Of a stretch of DNA of 64,000 bases, positions 36,453 to 51,062 are shown in pieces. The position numbers and the translations under genes are program-made. This DNA is from Candidatus Latescibacterota bacterium (GTDB taxonomy: Bacteria; Latescibacterota; UBA2968; UBA8231), in NCBI GenBank assembly GCA_965205655.1, contig CBDBIJ010000058.1, positions 32,001 to 96,000 on the forward strand, written 5' to 3'. The notes beneath the pieces were generated by a model. The model was not told the DNA's origin. It was given only the letters and a program-made list of their open reading frames with translations, and made no database searches. The first letter of the stretch is position 1, and each line of letters opens with the position of its first letter.

Positions 36453-38311
36453 TGGCCGGGACCCGTTCCGAGGTTGCTGGCCGCGCATCTGCTGGTTGGG
36501 TATTGGGAACCGTCGTCGCCACCGGGTTCGGCCTCAGAATGTGGGGAATCGACTTCGGCTTGCCACACGAGTACTGTCGGCCCGACGAAACGACGACCAT
36601 GTACAAGGCGCTGGCCATCGGCGCCGGCGACCTAAATCCCCATTTTTTTAACTACCCAAGCCTGCATTTCTATGTGGTGGCCGCCATGCTCGGCCTGTGC
36701 TTCGCAGTGGGGCACATCCTGGGGTACGTCGCCGACATAGCGGAGTTGCAGCGTCTGTTCTTTGTCGATCCGAGTCCCTTCTATCTCATCGGCCGTACGA
36801 TGACGGCCGCAATGGGGGCTGGGTCGGTGGCGCTCGCCTACTCACTGGGACGGAGGCTGGACAGCGAGCGGGCCGGACTAGTCGGCGCCGGCTTTCTGGC
36901 CGTCGCTTTCCTTCACGTGAGGGACTCGCACTTCCTGACGGTCGACGTGCCGGCCACCTTTTATGCCACGGCAGCTTTTGTGTACTCCCTCAGCTACCTC
37001 GCCAGACCACACCTGCGAACCGCAGTGCTTGCGGGTGCCTGCCTCGGGTTGGCCGCATCGACAAAGTACAACACCGCTCTTTTCGCTCCCGCAATCCTTC
37101 TGGCTGTTTTCATGGCATCAAACTGCGGGCAGCATCGCACAGGCGCGTCAATGTGGTGGGTGGCGGCACGTTCGGCGTCCTCGTGGCGGCATGTGACGGT
37201 CAGCGCACTCACGATCGGAGTCGCCTTCGTCGCGGGCTCCCCTTTCACCGTACTCGACAGCTCATCGTTCCTGCGCGATCTGTCCTTCGAGCGCGCCATG
37301 TTCGCCGCCGGTCGCGGCGAGGACTTCGGATGGGGATGGTCATATCACCTGCACACATCCCTGTTTCACGGCCTCGGATGGCCCCTGCTCATGGCGGCTC
37401 TGATCGGCTGCGTCTGGCTTTCGCTGAGGCGACGCCCTGCCGACCTGGTACTGCTGAGCGGGATAGTCGTCTATTACGGAGTCGCCGGCAGCGGCAAGAG
37501 TATCTTTGTGCGCTACATGGTGCCGCTCGTACCTCTCCTGTGTGTCGTTGCAGGTGCCGCTGTGTGTCGGGTGATGCGGACTCTGAGTGGCCGTTGGCTC
37601 GTGGCGGCAGCGCTCGCACTAGCCGTCCCGACGACGATTGCCACCTGGCTGCACAATCGCCTCCTGTCGCGCGTCGATACACGCGTCCTGGCAGCCGAAT
37701 GGATTCAGGAGCACCTCCCCTCCGGAACCAGAGTCGCCCTGGCAGGGACCGCCTACGGGCATCCACGACTGCGCACGACGGACTCATGGAAGCGTGAGCG
37801 TCTGCAGGACTTGCGGCGGGCAGGCGAGTGGCGCAGGAAGCTCGAGGCGGAGCTATCGCTTGCAGACAAACTACCGGGGCCACGCTATGACATCCTGGAA
37901 CTGCGGGGCGCCAATCCCCAGCGTCTTCGCTCGGTATGGGCGGAATACTCGGTCGAGCATCTCCAGGAAGCGGGGGTTAGATGGGTGGTGACACAGGAAC
38001 ATCCGCTGGATTTTTCCAATCTCGACCCATCTTTTCGAGCGGACTTGAGGCGCTTCGGCAACCTGGTGTACGAGATCGAGCCGTTCAGAGACTCTGGCAC
38101 CGAACCCTCCTTCGACCCTATCGACGCCTTCTATGTCCCACTTGCCGGATTTTCGGCAGTCGCGCGTCCGGGGCCGACGATTCGCATCTTCCGTCTTGCC
38201 CGTCAGCCCGAAAATCTGGCCAACCGAACTCACGCTGCGCAGCAATGCGGGATAAACCGGCCCCATGACCGATATAGAGAACAGCACCCACTCCTCTCGA
38301 CCGACACCTAG
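36452..38311 (+). CDS. GT-C membrane glycosyltransferase (ArnT/PMT, GT39/GT83-like)
   Basis: TAATG coupling; LRMWGIDFGLP...PDE; LNPHFFNYP; SHFLTVD; GLAASTKY; RYMVP; many TMs. Confidence 0.85.
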   Translation: MAGTRSEVAGRASAGWVLGTVVATGFGLRMWGIDFGLPHEYCRPDETTTMYKALAIGAGDLNPHFFNYPSLHFYVVAAMLGLCFAVGHILGYVADIAELQRLFFVDPSPFYLIGRTMTAAMGAGSVALAYSLGRRLDSERAGLVGAGFLAVAFLHVRDSHFLTVDVPATFYATAAFVYSLSYLARPHLRTAVLAGACLGLAASTKYNTALFAPAILLAVFMASNCGQHRTGASMWWVAARSASSWRHVTVSALTIGVAFVAGSPFTVLDSSSFLRDLSFERAMFAAGRGEDFGWGWSYHLHTSLFHGLGWPLLMAALIGCVWLSLRRRPADLVLLSGIVVYYGVAGSGKSIFVRYMVPLVPLLCVVAGAAVCRVMRTLSGRWLVAAALALAVPTTIATWLHNRLLSRVDTRVLAAEWIQEHLPSGTRVALAGTAYGHPRLRTTDSWKRERLQDLRRAGEWRRKLEAELSLADKLPGPRYDILELRGANPQRLRSVWAEYSVEHLQEAGVRWVVTQEHPLDFSNLDPSFRADLRRFGNLVYEIEPFRDSGTEPSFDPIDAFYVPLAGFSAVARPGPTIRIFRLARQPENLANRTHAAQQCGINRPHDRYREQHPLLSTDT

Positions 38312-38312
38312 C

Positions 38313-39056
38313 ATGCGTAGAGTCTCGATCTTTCTTATCGCCGCGGCGCTGTTGTCAGCCTGTCCGAGCACAAGTGCACAGGTGCCGGGCGTTCAATCGC
38401 TGCGCAGCATGCTGCAGGACAAATCGCCGGAGATACGCATCAAGGCAGCCGAGGCGTTGGGGAGGGTCGGAGGGCGGCAGGCCGTCATCATCCTGAGGCG
38501 GGGCTTGGTTGACAAGAATGTCGATGTCCGCATCGCCGTTATCGAGTCGCTGGGTTTTATCGGCGGCCGCCTTGCCCTCACCGTTCTGTCCGAGGCGCTC
38601 AAGGACAAGTCGGCGCAAGTGCGTATACGGGTTGTAGAAGCCCTCAAAGATGCCGGCACGATCGCCGCCATCCCCATCATCGAAAAGGCCTTCGAGGACA
38701 AGGAGCAGGCAGTCCGTCTCCGCGCCGCATTTGTGCTGCGCAAGATCGGCCATCGCTCCGGGGTTCCCGTGCTGGGAAGGGCGGCCCTCAACGACAACGA
38801 TCCGTCCGTCCGGGCCGTGGCCGCCATGCACCTCGGCAAAATAGGGGTCAAGGATCCCAGAGCGGTCAACTTCCTGTCGCAGATACTGGAAGACAAGGAG
38901 CCCGCGGTGCGGATCAGAGCAGTGGAGTCGTTGGGGTTCCTCCAGCTGGGGGCCGCGGTTCGAGTTCTCGAGCAGGCTCTTGAAGACCGCGACACGGGGG
39001 TGCGAATCAGGGCGACCGAAATCATGGGACATGTCCTCGCCAAGGATTTCCAGTAG
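38313..39056 (+). CDS. HEAT-repeat (PBS-lyase type) protein with signal peptide / possible lipobox
   Basis: About seven repeats of L.D....VR..A..ALG..G; N-terminus MRRVSIFLIAAALLSAC. Confidence 0.85.
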   Translation: MRRVSIFLIAAALLSACPSTSAQVPGVQSLRSMLQDKSPEIRIKAAEALGRVGGRQAVIILRRGLVDKNVDVRIAVIESLGFIGGRLALTVLSEALKDKSAQVRIRVVEALKDAGTIAAIPIIEKAFEDKEQAVRLRAAFVLRKIGHRSGVPVLGRAALNDNDPSVRAVAAMHLGKIGVKDPRAVNFLSQILEDKEPAVRIRAVESLGFLQLGAAVRVLEQALEDRDTGVRIRATEIMGHVLAKDFQ

Positions 39057-39129
39057 CTGACAATTATCCTGTACACATGTGCAGGTCATCCCGAATCTCT
39101 TCCCTTAGACCCTACTTCCGACCCGCTGG

Positions 39130-39158
39130 TTGACAGGCGATTCCCGTTACAGTAGTTT
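39130..39158 (+). promoter_or_regulatory. rrn promoter
   Basis: TTGACA-17 nt-TAGTTT upstream of 16S. Confidence 0.75.
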
Positions 39159-39221
39159 TACAAATACGGCTCGCGTCTGAGCGAGCAGGGCGGGTCTTTC
39201 TTTTTACCCGTCCTTAATTCC

Positions 39222-39253
39222 GCTCTTTGAAAATCAAATAACGCGTACAGAGT
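39222..39253 (+). promoter_or_regulatory. boxA-like antitermination site and 5' arm of the 16S processing stem
   Basis: GCTCTTTGAAAA; AAATAACGCGTACAGAGT pairs with ACTCTGTACGCGTTATTT at ~40974-40991. Confidence 0.75.
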
Positions 39254-39346
39254 CCCTGTTCTGCGGGACGGATCCAGCGTCGGCTTTTCAGACCTGGATT
39301 CGACCCTGTTTTGCAAAGAGAGATCGAGTTCTCTTAAAGGACTTTT

Positions 39347-40916
<1,570 letters not shown>

Positions 40917-40999
40917 AATCAGAGGCTTCCGCAAGGAAGCCTGTAAGAATCCTAGGTTAACCCTGTAGTTCACACTCTGTACGCGTTATTTGGTTTTCG

Positions 41000-41076
<77 letters not shown>

Positions 41077-41357
41077 TAAGATGAATCGCTGATCGCGATT
41101 CCGGACGGATCCGACCAAGCGCAAATTAGATCTTTGGCAGGTGATTGACCGACACAGTGGTCGGTTCACCCGCCGGAGAGAAATCGCGTAGCGATTTCTC
41201 TGAACGACGTATAGTCGTTTTCGAGAGTTTGCGAAGCAAACTCTAAACGATCGGCGAAGCCGATCGTCGTTCTTTGACAATCGAATACGGATTCGCACTG
41301 AAGATACTGTCTTCGAAGACCGGTTTTGCCGGTCTTTTTATCAGAGGTGGGATTTTC

Positions 41358-44403
<3,046 letters not shown>

Positions 44404-44501
44404 TTTTACTTCCCAGCCTCTGAGCAGTATCGAAGTGCGGATCCGTATTCGTTGAAGACTTGGCGAACCTGGGTCTTCGTATCGATTGATATACATCGTT
44501 T

Positions 44502-44618
44502 TCCGGTGGCAATAGCGGAGGGGAAACACCTCTTCCCATTCCGAACAGAGCAGTTAAGCCCTCCTGCGCCGATGGTACTGCTGGGGTCACCCGGTGGGAG
44601 AGTAGGACGCCGCCGGGA
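44502..44618 (+). rRNA. rrf: 5S rRNA
   Basis: TCCGGTGGC...CCCATTCCGAAC...GATGGTACT...GAGAGTAGG...GCCGGGA. Confidence 0.97.
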
Positions 44619-44625
44619 GTTGTCA

Positions 44626-44657
44626 AAAAGGGCTCATCCGACTGGATGAGCCCTTTT
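44626..44657. terminator. Bidirectional intrinsic terminator (rrn operon and GT8 gene)
   Basis: AAAAGGGCTCATCC-GACT-GGATGAGCCCTTTT. Confidence 0.92.
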
Positions 44658-44672
44658 CCATTGCGGGAGCAG

Positions 44673-45698
44673 TCAGGCATCCGCCGGCTGGAAGTCGCGG
44701 ATGTTCGTCAACAACTGCTGAAGCTTCTTCAGCTTCGACAGTCCGGGATATCCCTCCGTCATCATTTCGTGAAAAGTCCGAAACCACAGCTGAAAGTCCT
44801 CGTAGCGTCCGTAGCGCGCCATCGCCTTGGGTCGATTGAAATACCATGGCTTGAAACCCGCAAAGTGAGTGCCGTAGAGGACGGATAGATCCGGATAGCC
44901 GTTCAGACCGCTGAACCGGGCATCGATGCTCACCCACCTGCCCGACCAGCGCATAGTCAAGTACTGCATGTCGGGCCAGTCGAACAAATCGCCCACGTAA
45001 CGCTTGATTTCGGGCCGCTCGACGTCATCCAGAATCCGCTTGAATTCCCGCATTGACGGCTCGAGAACGAAAAGAGATCCGTTGATCCCCATGTTCGTAT
45101 GGTCATCCCGGACGCGGTCGGTGATTTCTTCGGGTATCGGTCGACCGTGGGGGCACACCTGCCCATAGATTTCGTGCCAAATCCACTCACCGCGCTGCTG
45201 CGCAGAAGTCGGCACGGCGTAGCCGCCCCGGTCGTCCATCTGGACAAAGTGTGACTTGTGCTCGTTGATGATCCCGGCGGGTGTGTCGAGAGCGAAAAGC
45301 CGATCGTAATGCCGCATGGGCAACACGTCGGCGTCGATGACGGCGATCTTTTCGAAGCCGTAGCCAAGGTCGCCGTCTCCGCCCAGGCGCAGGGCGTTTA
45401 TACGCGTGAAGAAATATGGCCTGTCCTGGCGCTCCTGGCGACGAGAGTGGGGGACATAGAGAGGCTCCACGTCGATGATCTCGTCGAAGAGCTGGTCCAG
45501 TGCGAATCGTCCCTGCGCGGAGACGCCTTCGGTTACGAGGCAGACGAGGGAAGCAGACGGTTTCTGCCGGCGAAGACCGTACGCCAGGGTCAGCGCGCCG
45601 GGCAGGTAGTTGTCGTTGAGCATGAGGAAAGTAACGAATGCGAAGCGGGACAACTCACTGGCGGCGGCGGCGCTGGCAGGATGCTTCGGCTGTTCCAT
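44673..45698 (-). CDS. Glycosyltransferase family 8, glycogenin-like
   Basis: AFVT...NDNYLPGALTLAYGL...LVT..VS...LFDEII; IDAD (DxD); NGSLFVLEPS; HFAGFKPW. Start placed at ATG 45698. Confidence 0.85.
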   Translation of the reverse strand: MEQPKHPASAAAASELSRFAFVTFLMLNDNYLPGALTLAYGLRRQKPSASLVCLVTEGVSAQGRFALDQLFDEIIDVEPLYVPHSRRQERQDRPYFFTRINALRLGGDGDLGYGFEKIAVIDADVLPMRHYDRLFALDTPAGIINEHKSHFVQMDDRGGYAVPTSAQQRGEWIWHEIYGQVCPHGRPIPEEITDRVRDDHTNMGINGSLFVLEPSMREFKRILDDVERPEIKRYVGDLFDWPDMQYLTMRWSGRWVSIDARFSGLNGYPDLSVLYGTHFAGFKPWYFNRPKAMARYGRYEDFQLWFRTFHEMMTEGYPGLSKLKKLQQLLTNIRDFQPADA

Positions 45699-45728
45699 TG
45701 AGTTGGCTGTCGGACCTTTTTCTCGCGG

Positions 45729-45757
45729 TTGACACACACTTGCGGTGAGGCTAATAT
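45729..45757 (+). promoter_or_regulatory. Sigma70 promoter for the EF-G paralogue
   Basis: TTGACA-17 nt-TAATAT. Confidence 0.75.
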
Positions 45758-45788
45758 ATGCCGTCTGCAGAGCGAAGCAGGAGAATTT

Positions 45789-45826
45789 CAGAGCCCGCGG
45801 GAGCACATTCGGGCTCTGTATTTTTT
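45789..45826 (+). terminator. Terminator-like hairpin within the EF-G paralogue leader (possible attenuator)
   Basis: CAGAGCCCG / CGGGCTCTG then TATTTTTT, located between promoter and RBS. Confidence 0.55.
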
Positions 45827-45879
45827 AGTCCTCCGGGGCTACCGAGCCGGGGACTACCCCTTTGCAGGAGAGACTACCA

Positions 45880-47943
45880 GTGGCTCACACCGTCGATCAA
45901 GTTCGCAACCTCGCCCTCACCGGCCACAGCGGCTCGGGCAAGACGACGCTGGCAGAGGCCATCGTGTTCAATACCGGACTACTGACGCGACTGGGACGCG
46001 TGCAGGAAGGCTCGACCGTTTCCGACTACGACAAGGAGGAGATAGATCGACAGATGTCGATCAAGACATCTCTGCTCACCGGTGACTGGAATTCTCATCA
46101 TTTCAACACCATGGATACGCCGGGTTATGCGGATTTCATTCCCGAAACCCTCTCCGCTCTTCGCGTCGCCGACAGCAATGTCATCGTCATCGACTCGGTG
46201 GCCGGAATCGAGGTGGGCACCGAGCGAGTGTGGCGCTATGCCGAACAGTTCAAGCTGCCGCGGATCATCTTCGTCAATAAAATGGACCGACCCGAAATCG
46301 ATCTCGATAAGCTTCTCGGACAGCTGCGGGATCGGTTCGGAAGGCACGCCGTGCCGGTTCAGTTTCCCGTTAATCACGGAGAGGGATTCAACAAGCTCGT
46401 CGATCTGACGAGCATGAAGCTCCTCACCTACAACGACGGCAAAGCAGAAGAGAGCGATGTCCCGACCGATCTCGAGGCAACGACGAGCCAACTTCAGGAG
46501 CAACTAGTCGAGGAAATCGCCGAGACCGACGAGGCGCTCATGGAGCAATACTTCGGCGACGGACTGAGTCCAGGGCAACTGAAGGAGGGCCTGAGCACAG
46601 CGGTGAAGTCACTGGAGATCTTCCCCGTACTCTTCGGTGATGCCTTCAACAACGTCGGTGTCGACCGTTTGCTTGCAGCCCTGGTCGACTATTCACCCTC
46701 ACCGGCCGAATCGGCGGGGCTCCGATTCGAAAACGGCGATGGCGGCGCGGTTCAGCTCGATCCGACACCGGACAGCTCGCTGGCCGCCTACGTATTCAAG
46801 ACTCTTGCCGAACAGCATGTGGGTGAGTTGAGTGTCATGCGACTCTATTCGGGCAGTCTCAATCCGGGAGACGAGGTGTCCAACGCCACGAAGGGCAGTA
46901 GCGAGCGCATCGGCCAGTTGTTCAACCTGAGCGGTCACGAGCGCGCGGAAGTCGAAAAGGCCGCCGCCGGAGATATCGTCGCTCTGGTGAAGCTCAAAGA
47001 CACGCACACGGGCGACATACTGTGCAATAAGGGAAAACCCGTCGCACTCCCGGCTGTGCAGTTTCCCGACCCGTTGATCAGGGTCGCCGTGAAACCGAGA
47101 GAGAAAGGGGGTGAAGAGCGCATGGTCAGCGGCCTAGCGCAGCTCCGCGAGGAGGACCCCAGCTTCATCTTCAGGTATGACGGCGAAATCCGACAGTCTG
47201 TGCTGGCCGCGCAGGGAGACCTGCATCTGGAGACCATACTCAAGCGGTTGCACGAGCGCTCAGGCGTCGAAGTCGATACACAATCGCCCAGGATTCCATA
47301 CAAGGAGACGATCCGAGGCAACGCCGAGGGGCACTACCGTCACAAGAAGCAGACGGGTGGACGCGGTCAGTTCGGCGAGGTGTTTCTGCGGATCAGCCCC
47401 AGCGGCCGAGGCGAGGGCTTCGAGTTCGCGAACGCCGTCGTTGGCGGCAGCATCCCGACAAACTTCATCCCCGCGGTGGAGAAAGGAATTCAGGAAACGC
47501 TTGTGGAAGGCCCGTTGTCGGGATCGAGTGTGGAAGACGTGGTGGTGACGGTCTACGACGGCAAGCATCACGCCGTCGATTCCGATGAGGTCTCCTTCAA
47601 ACTGGCGGCATCCCACGCCTTCAAGGAGGCGTTCCTCAAGGCGAAGCCAGTACTGCTGGAGCCGATTTACAGTCTCACCATCACGGTACCCGGAGAGTTC
47701 ATGGGAGACGTGATGGGGGAGTTGACCTCGAGGCGCGGACGGATCATCGGCACCGATGCAGACGGCCACTTTCAGATTATTCGCGCCGACGTGCCACTGG
47801 CGGAGATCGATCGCTACGCAACGCGGCTGCGTTCCATGACCCAGGGCAAGGGCATCCACACCCAAAAACTGGAACGCTACGAGGAAGTCCCCGCCGACAT
47901 TCAGGGCAAGATCGTCGAGGAGGCGAGCCGCGAGGATGAGTGA
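45880..47943 (+). CDS. fusA: Elongation factor G paralogue (EF-G2 type)
   Basis: RBS AGGAG then GTG; GHSGSGKTTL, RQMSI in place of RGITI, DTPGYADF, NKMD, KKQTGGRGQFG; outside the str operon. Confidence 0.92.
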   Translation: MAHTVDQVRNLALTGHSGSGKTTLAEAIVFNTGLLTRLGRVQEGSTVSDYDKEEIDRQMSIKTSLLTGDWNSHHFNTMDTPGYADFIPETLSALRVADSNVIVIDSVAGIEVGTERVWRYAEQFKLPRIIFVNKMDRPEIDLDKLLGQLRDRFGRHAVPVQFPVNHGEGFNKLVDLTSMKLLTYNDGKAEESDVPTDLEATTSQLQEQLVEEIAETDEALMEQYFGDGLSPGQLKEGLSTAVKSLEIFPVLFGDAFNNVGVDRLLAALVDYSPSPAESAGLRFENGDGGAVQLDPTPDSSLAAYVFKTLAEQHVGELSVMRLYSGSLNPGDEVSNATKGSSERIGQLFNLSGHERAEVEKAAAGDIVALVKLKDTHTGDILCNKGKPVALPAVQFPDPLIRVAVKPREKGGEERMVSGLAQLREEDPSFIFRYDGEIRQSVLAAQGDLHLETILKRLHERSGVEVDTQSPRIPYKETIRGNAEGHYRHKKQTGGRGQFGEVFLRISPSGRGEGFEFANAVVGGSIPTNFIPAVEKGIQETLVEGPLSGSSVEDVVVTVYDGKHHAVDSDEVSFKLAASHAFKEAFLKAKPVLLEPIYSLTITVPGEFMGDVMGELTSRRGRIIGTDADGHFQIIRADVPLAEIDRYATRLRSMTQGKGIHTQKLERYEEVPADIQGKIVEEASREDE

Positions 47944-47986
47944 TTCGAAGGGGAAAACCTCTTCTCTCCGTTGAGGTTACCCGTTG

Positions 47987-48015
47987 TTGCCAGGGTTGCC
48001 TGTTGTCAATAGATT
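47987..48015 (+). promoter_or_regulatory. Putative sigma70 promoter for yebC-ruvCAB
   Basis: TTGCCA-17 nt-TAGATT. Confidence 0.6.
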
Positions 48016-48056
48016 TCGAACGACGACGAACCAGGTCCCCACACTGAAATTATCCC

Positions 48057-48803
48057 ATGTCCGGTCACTCAAAGTGGAGCACGATCAAGCGCAAAAAGGG
48101 CGCAAATGACGCTCGGCGCGGCAAGGTCTTCACGAAGTTGATCAGGGAGTTGACAGTGGCCGCCCGCAGCGGTGGCGACGAGGACGCGAACCCCCGCCTC
48201 CGAGCCGCAGCTTTGAACGCGCGAGCTGCCAACATGCCCCACGCCACGATCGATCGAGCGATTCGTCGCGGCACCGGCGAGGAGCCGGGCGCGGTGTACG
48301 AGGAGGCGGTGTTCGAGGGCTATGGTCCCGGGGGGATTGCCATCATCATCGAGACACTCAGCGACAACCACAATCGAACAGTGTCCGAGGTGCGGCACGT
48401 CTTCACGAAGCACGAAGGGAGCCTGGCTGAAAAAGGCGCGGTCGCCTGGATGTTCGCCCAGAAGGGCCTCGTGGAGGTGGACGCGGAAACGATTGGCGAG
48501 GAAGACCTCATGTTGGCTGTCATGGATGCCGGAGCTGAAGACATCCATGACGCAGACGGAGTTCGCGAGGTCATCTGCTCGATCGACAACTTCGAGTCAG
48601 TCAAGGGGGCTCTGGAGAGGAGCGATATTCGATTCAGTCAGGCGTCGCTCGCCTGGATTCCACAGAGTATGCTCGCCGTCGAGGGCAGTCAGGCCGAAAG
48701 AAGCCTGAGGCTGCTGGAGGACCTGGAGGATCTCGACGACGTCCAGAAAGTGTATTCGAACTTCGACGTTCAGGAGGACGAACTGCAGAAGCTGCTCGCC
48801 TGA
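48057..48803 (+). CDS. yebC: YebC/PmpR family protein
   Basis: MSGHSKWSTIKRKK, NPRLR, EGYGPGG, DDVQKVYSN. Confidence 0.96.
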   Translation: MSGHSKWSTIKRKKGANDARRGKVFTKLIRELTVAARSGGDEDANPRLRAAALNARAANMPHATIDRAIRRGTGEEPGAVYEEAVFEGYGPGGIAIIIETLSDNHNRTVSEVRHVFTKHEGSLAEKGAVAWMFAQKGLVEVDAETIGEEDLMLAVMDAGAEDIHDADGVREVICSIDNFESVKGALERSDIRFSQASLAWIPQSMLAVEGSQAERSLRLLEDLEDLDDVQKVYSNFDVQEDELQKLLA

Positions 48804-48852
48804 GCCGGTTCCCCTCCCCAGGGCGCGCCCACCCTCCCCCTCAACCTCGACT

Positions 48853-49395
48853 TTGATCGTTCTCGGCATCGATCCCAGCAGCACGAGTACCGGGTACGGA
48901 GCAATCGACTGCGACCGCGGCGCCTACCGGCTAGTCGAGTGCGGCTGCATCCGCGCTCGCGCGAAGGATACCTTCGCGCAACGGTTGGCGCTGCTGTATG
49001 ACCGCCTCGGCCGCATCGTCGCTGCGCTCGGACCCGATACAGCAGCGATTGAGAGCAGTTTCTACGGCAAGGATGCAGATGCGGCGGGTAAACTGGGGGA
49101 AGCGCGCGGTGTCGTGCGACTCGCTCTTCAGCACGCCGGGATGGAGGCGGTCCACTACACACCCACCGAGGTAAAGAAGGCGGTGGTGGGGCGCGGCCAG
49201 GCGACCAAGGAGCAGGTTCAGTTCATGGTCGCGCGTCTTCTGGAGCTCGACGAGCTGCCCCGTCCCCTCGACGCCTCAGACGCACTCGGGGTGGCGGTGT
49301 GTCATATCCACCGGGCCAACGTCCTCCCGCATTCGACGCTGACGGCGCGCAAACCGGAGGTCGAAGAGTTGCTCAAGAGAGTCGTGCGCCGGTAG
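48853..49395 (+). CDS. ruvC: Holliday junction resolvase
   Basis: LGIDP...TGYG, ARGV, VKKAVVG.G.ATKEQV, DASDAL. Confidence 0.96.
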   Translation: MIVLGIDPSSTSTGYGAIDCDRGAYRLVECGCIRARAKDTFAQRLALLYDRLGRIVAALGPDTAAIESSFYGKDADAAGKLGEARGVVRLALQHAGMEAVHYTPTEVKKAVVGRGQATKEQVQFMVARLLELDELPRPLDASDALGVAVCHIHRANVLPHSTLTARKPEVEELLKRVVRR

Positions 49396-49401
49396 CAGAC
49401 G

Positions 49402-49992
49402 ATGATAACACATCTGCGTGGACAGCTGGTTTCTCGATCTCCGACGCGGGCGGTCGTCGATGTTGGCGGCGTGGGGTACGGTCTGTCGATCTCACTGACG
49501 ACATACGATCAGCTGCCGGAGCCGGACTCGGAGATTCACCTTTTCACCTTCATGTATGTGCGCGAAGACCGACTCGATCTCTACGGATTCGCGGACCGTG
49601 ACGAGCGCCACATGTTCGAGATGCTCATCGGCGTTTCCGGGATCGGGCCGAACCTGGCGCAGACGATTCTGTCGGGAATGTCGGTTGGCGATCTCAAGAC
49701 CGCGATCGCCTCCGAACGGGCGGCGGAGCTGACGCGGGTCCGCGGTATCGGCAGGAAAACAGCGGACAGACTCGTCGTGGAGTTGAAGGACAGGCTGGAC
49801 GCGATAGCGACGAAGGCGAAAGCAGATGAGCCCGGTTTCGAGGTTTCGGTTGCTGATGAGGCCGTCCTGGCGCTCGTCGCCTTGGGATTTCCCGCCCCGG
49901 CGGCCAAGAAGGCGGTGGAGGGCGCCCTGAAGCGCAACGGAGGCGATTTGAGTGTGCAGAGCTTGATCAAGCAGGCCCTGCAGGAGCGCTGA
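49402..49992 (+). CDS. ruvA: Holliday junction branch migration protein
   Basis: DVGGVGY, VRED...[31 protein letters not shown]. Confidence 0.96.
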   Translation: MITHLRGQLVSRSPTRAVVDVGGVGYGLSISLTTYDQLPEPDSEIHLFTFMYVREDRLDLYGFADRDERHMFEMLIGVSGIGPNLAQTILSGMSVGDLKTAIASERAAELTRVRGIGRKTADRLVVELKDRLDAIATKAKADEPGFEVSVADEAVLALVALGFPAPAAKKAVEGALKRNGGDLSVQSLIKQALQER

Positions 49993-51050
49993 TGTCGGAC
50001 CAGGCGATGGAAGAGCGCAGCGTCAACCCACAGCCGGACCCGGAAGATCTGAAGTTAGACCACACCCTGCGGCCCAAGAGGCTGGAGGGGATGCTCGGTC
50101 AGGGGAAGGTGAAAGAGCAGCTGCGCATCGCGATCCAGGCGGCAAACCAGCGGGGCGAGGCTCTCGATCACGTCCTGCTCTACGGCCCGCCGGGCCTGGG
50201 AAAGACGACCCTGGCCCACGTGGTGGCAAACGAGCTAGCCGTCCAGATACACCCGACCTCCGGCCCCCTCCTCGAACGCCCGCTCGATCTGGCCGGTATC
50301 CTCACGAGCCTGGGAAAGCGGGACGTCCTGTTCATCGACGAGGTGCACCGGGTCAACAGGGTCGTGGAGGAGTATCTCTACTCCGCCATGGAAGACTACC
50401 AGATCGATATCATGATAGATCAGGGGCCGCGGGCTCGCTCGGTGAGTCTGGCACTGGAGCCCTTCACGCTCATCGGCGCGACCACGCGTCAGGGTCTGCT
50501 CACATCGCCGATGCTGGCGCGCTTTGGCATTACGGCGACCCTCGACTACTACAGCGTCGAGGAACTCGCTCTCATCGTTCGACGCGACGCACGTCTCCTC
50601 GGGTTCGAGATCGAAGAGGCGGGCGCGGTGGAAATCGCACGTCGCTCTCGCGGCACCGCCCGCCTCGCGAAGCGCTGGCTTCGGAGAGTGCGCGACTACG
50701 CCGAGGTCGAAGGAGACGGGAGAGTTGACGCCGGCGTCGCCGCCGAGGCTCTGAAAATCCTGAAGGTGGACGGTCTCGGGCTCGACGAAATCGACATCAG
50801 ACTGCTGGAGGCTGTTATCGACAAGTTCGCCGGAGGTCCCGTCGGAGTGAACAATCTAGCCGCCGTGATCGGTGAGGAGGCGGAGACGATCGAAGAGGTG
50901 TACGAACCCTACCTGATAAAGGAAGGTTTTCTGCTGCGTACACCAAAAGGGAGACGGGCGACGGCGCGCGCCTACGAGCATTTGGGCAAGCAGGCGCCAC
51001 GTCGCGACGCCGGGGAGCTCAACGGCAGTGAACAGATGGATCTTCTGTGA
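49992..51050 (+). CDS. ruvB: Holliday junction helicase
   Basis: [44 protein letters not shown]. Confidence 0.97.
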   Translation: MSDQAMEERSVNPQPDPEDLKLDHTLRPKRLEGMLGQGKVKEQLRIAIQAANQRGEALDHVLLYGPPGLGKTTLAHVVANELAVQIHPTSGPLLERPLDLAGILTSLGKRDVLFIDEVHRVNRVVEEYLYSAMEDYQIDIMIDQGPRARSVSLALEPFTLIGATTRQGLLTSPMLARFGITATLDYYSVEELALIVRRDARLLGFEIEEAGAVEIARRSRGTARLAKRWLRRVRDYAEVEGDGRVDAGVAAEALKILKVDGLGLDEIDIRLLEAVIDKFAGGPVGVNNLAAVIGEEAETIEEVYEPYLIKEGFLLRTPKGRRATARAYEHLGKQAPRRDAGELNGSEQMDLL

Positions 51051-51062
51051 CGCCATGACGCG

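Noticed and set aside
41077..41357. tRNA-Ala in the 16S-23S spacer
   Set aside because: No cloverleaf with TGC anticodon; only simple hairpins.
45758..45985. Leader peptide upstream of the EF-G paralogue
   Set aside because: Its ATG sits immediately after the -10 box, upstream of the expected transcription start.
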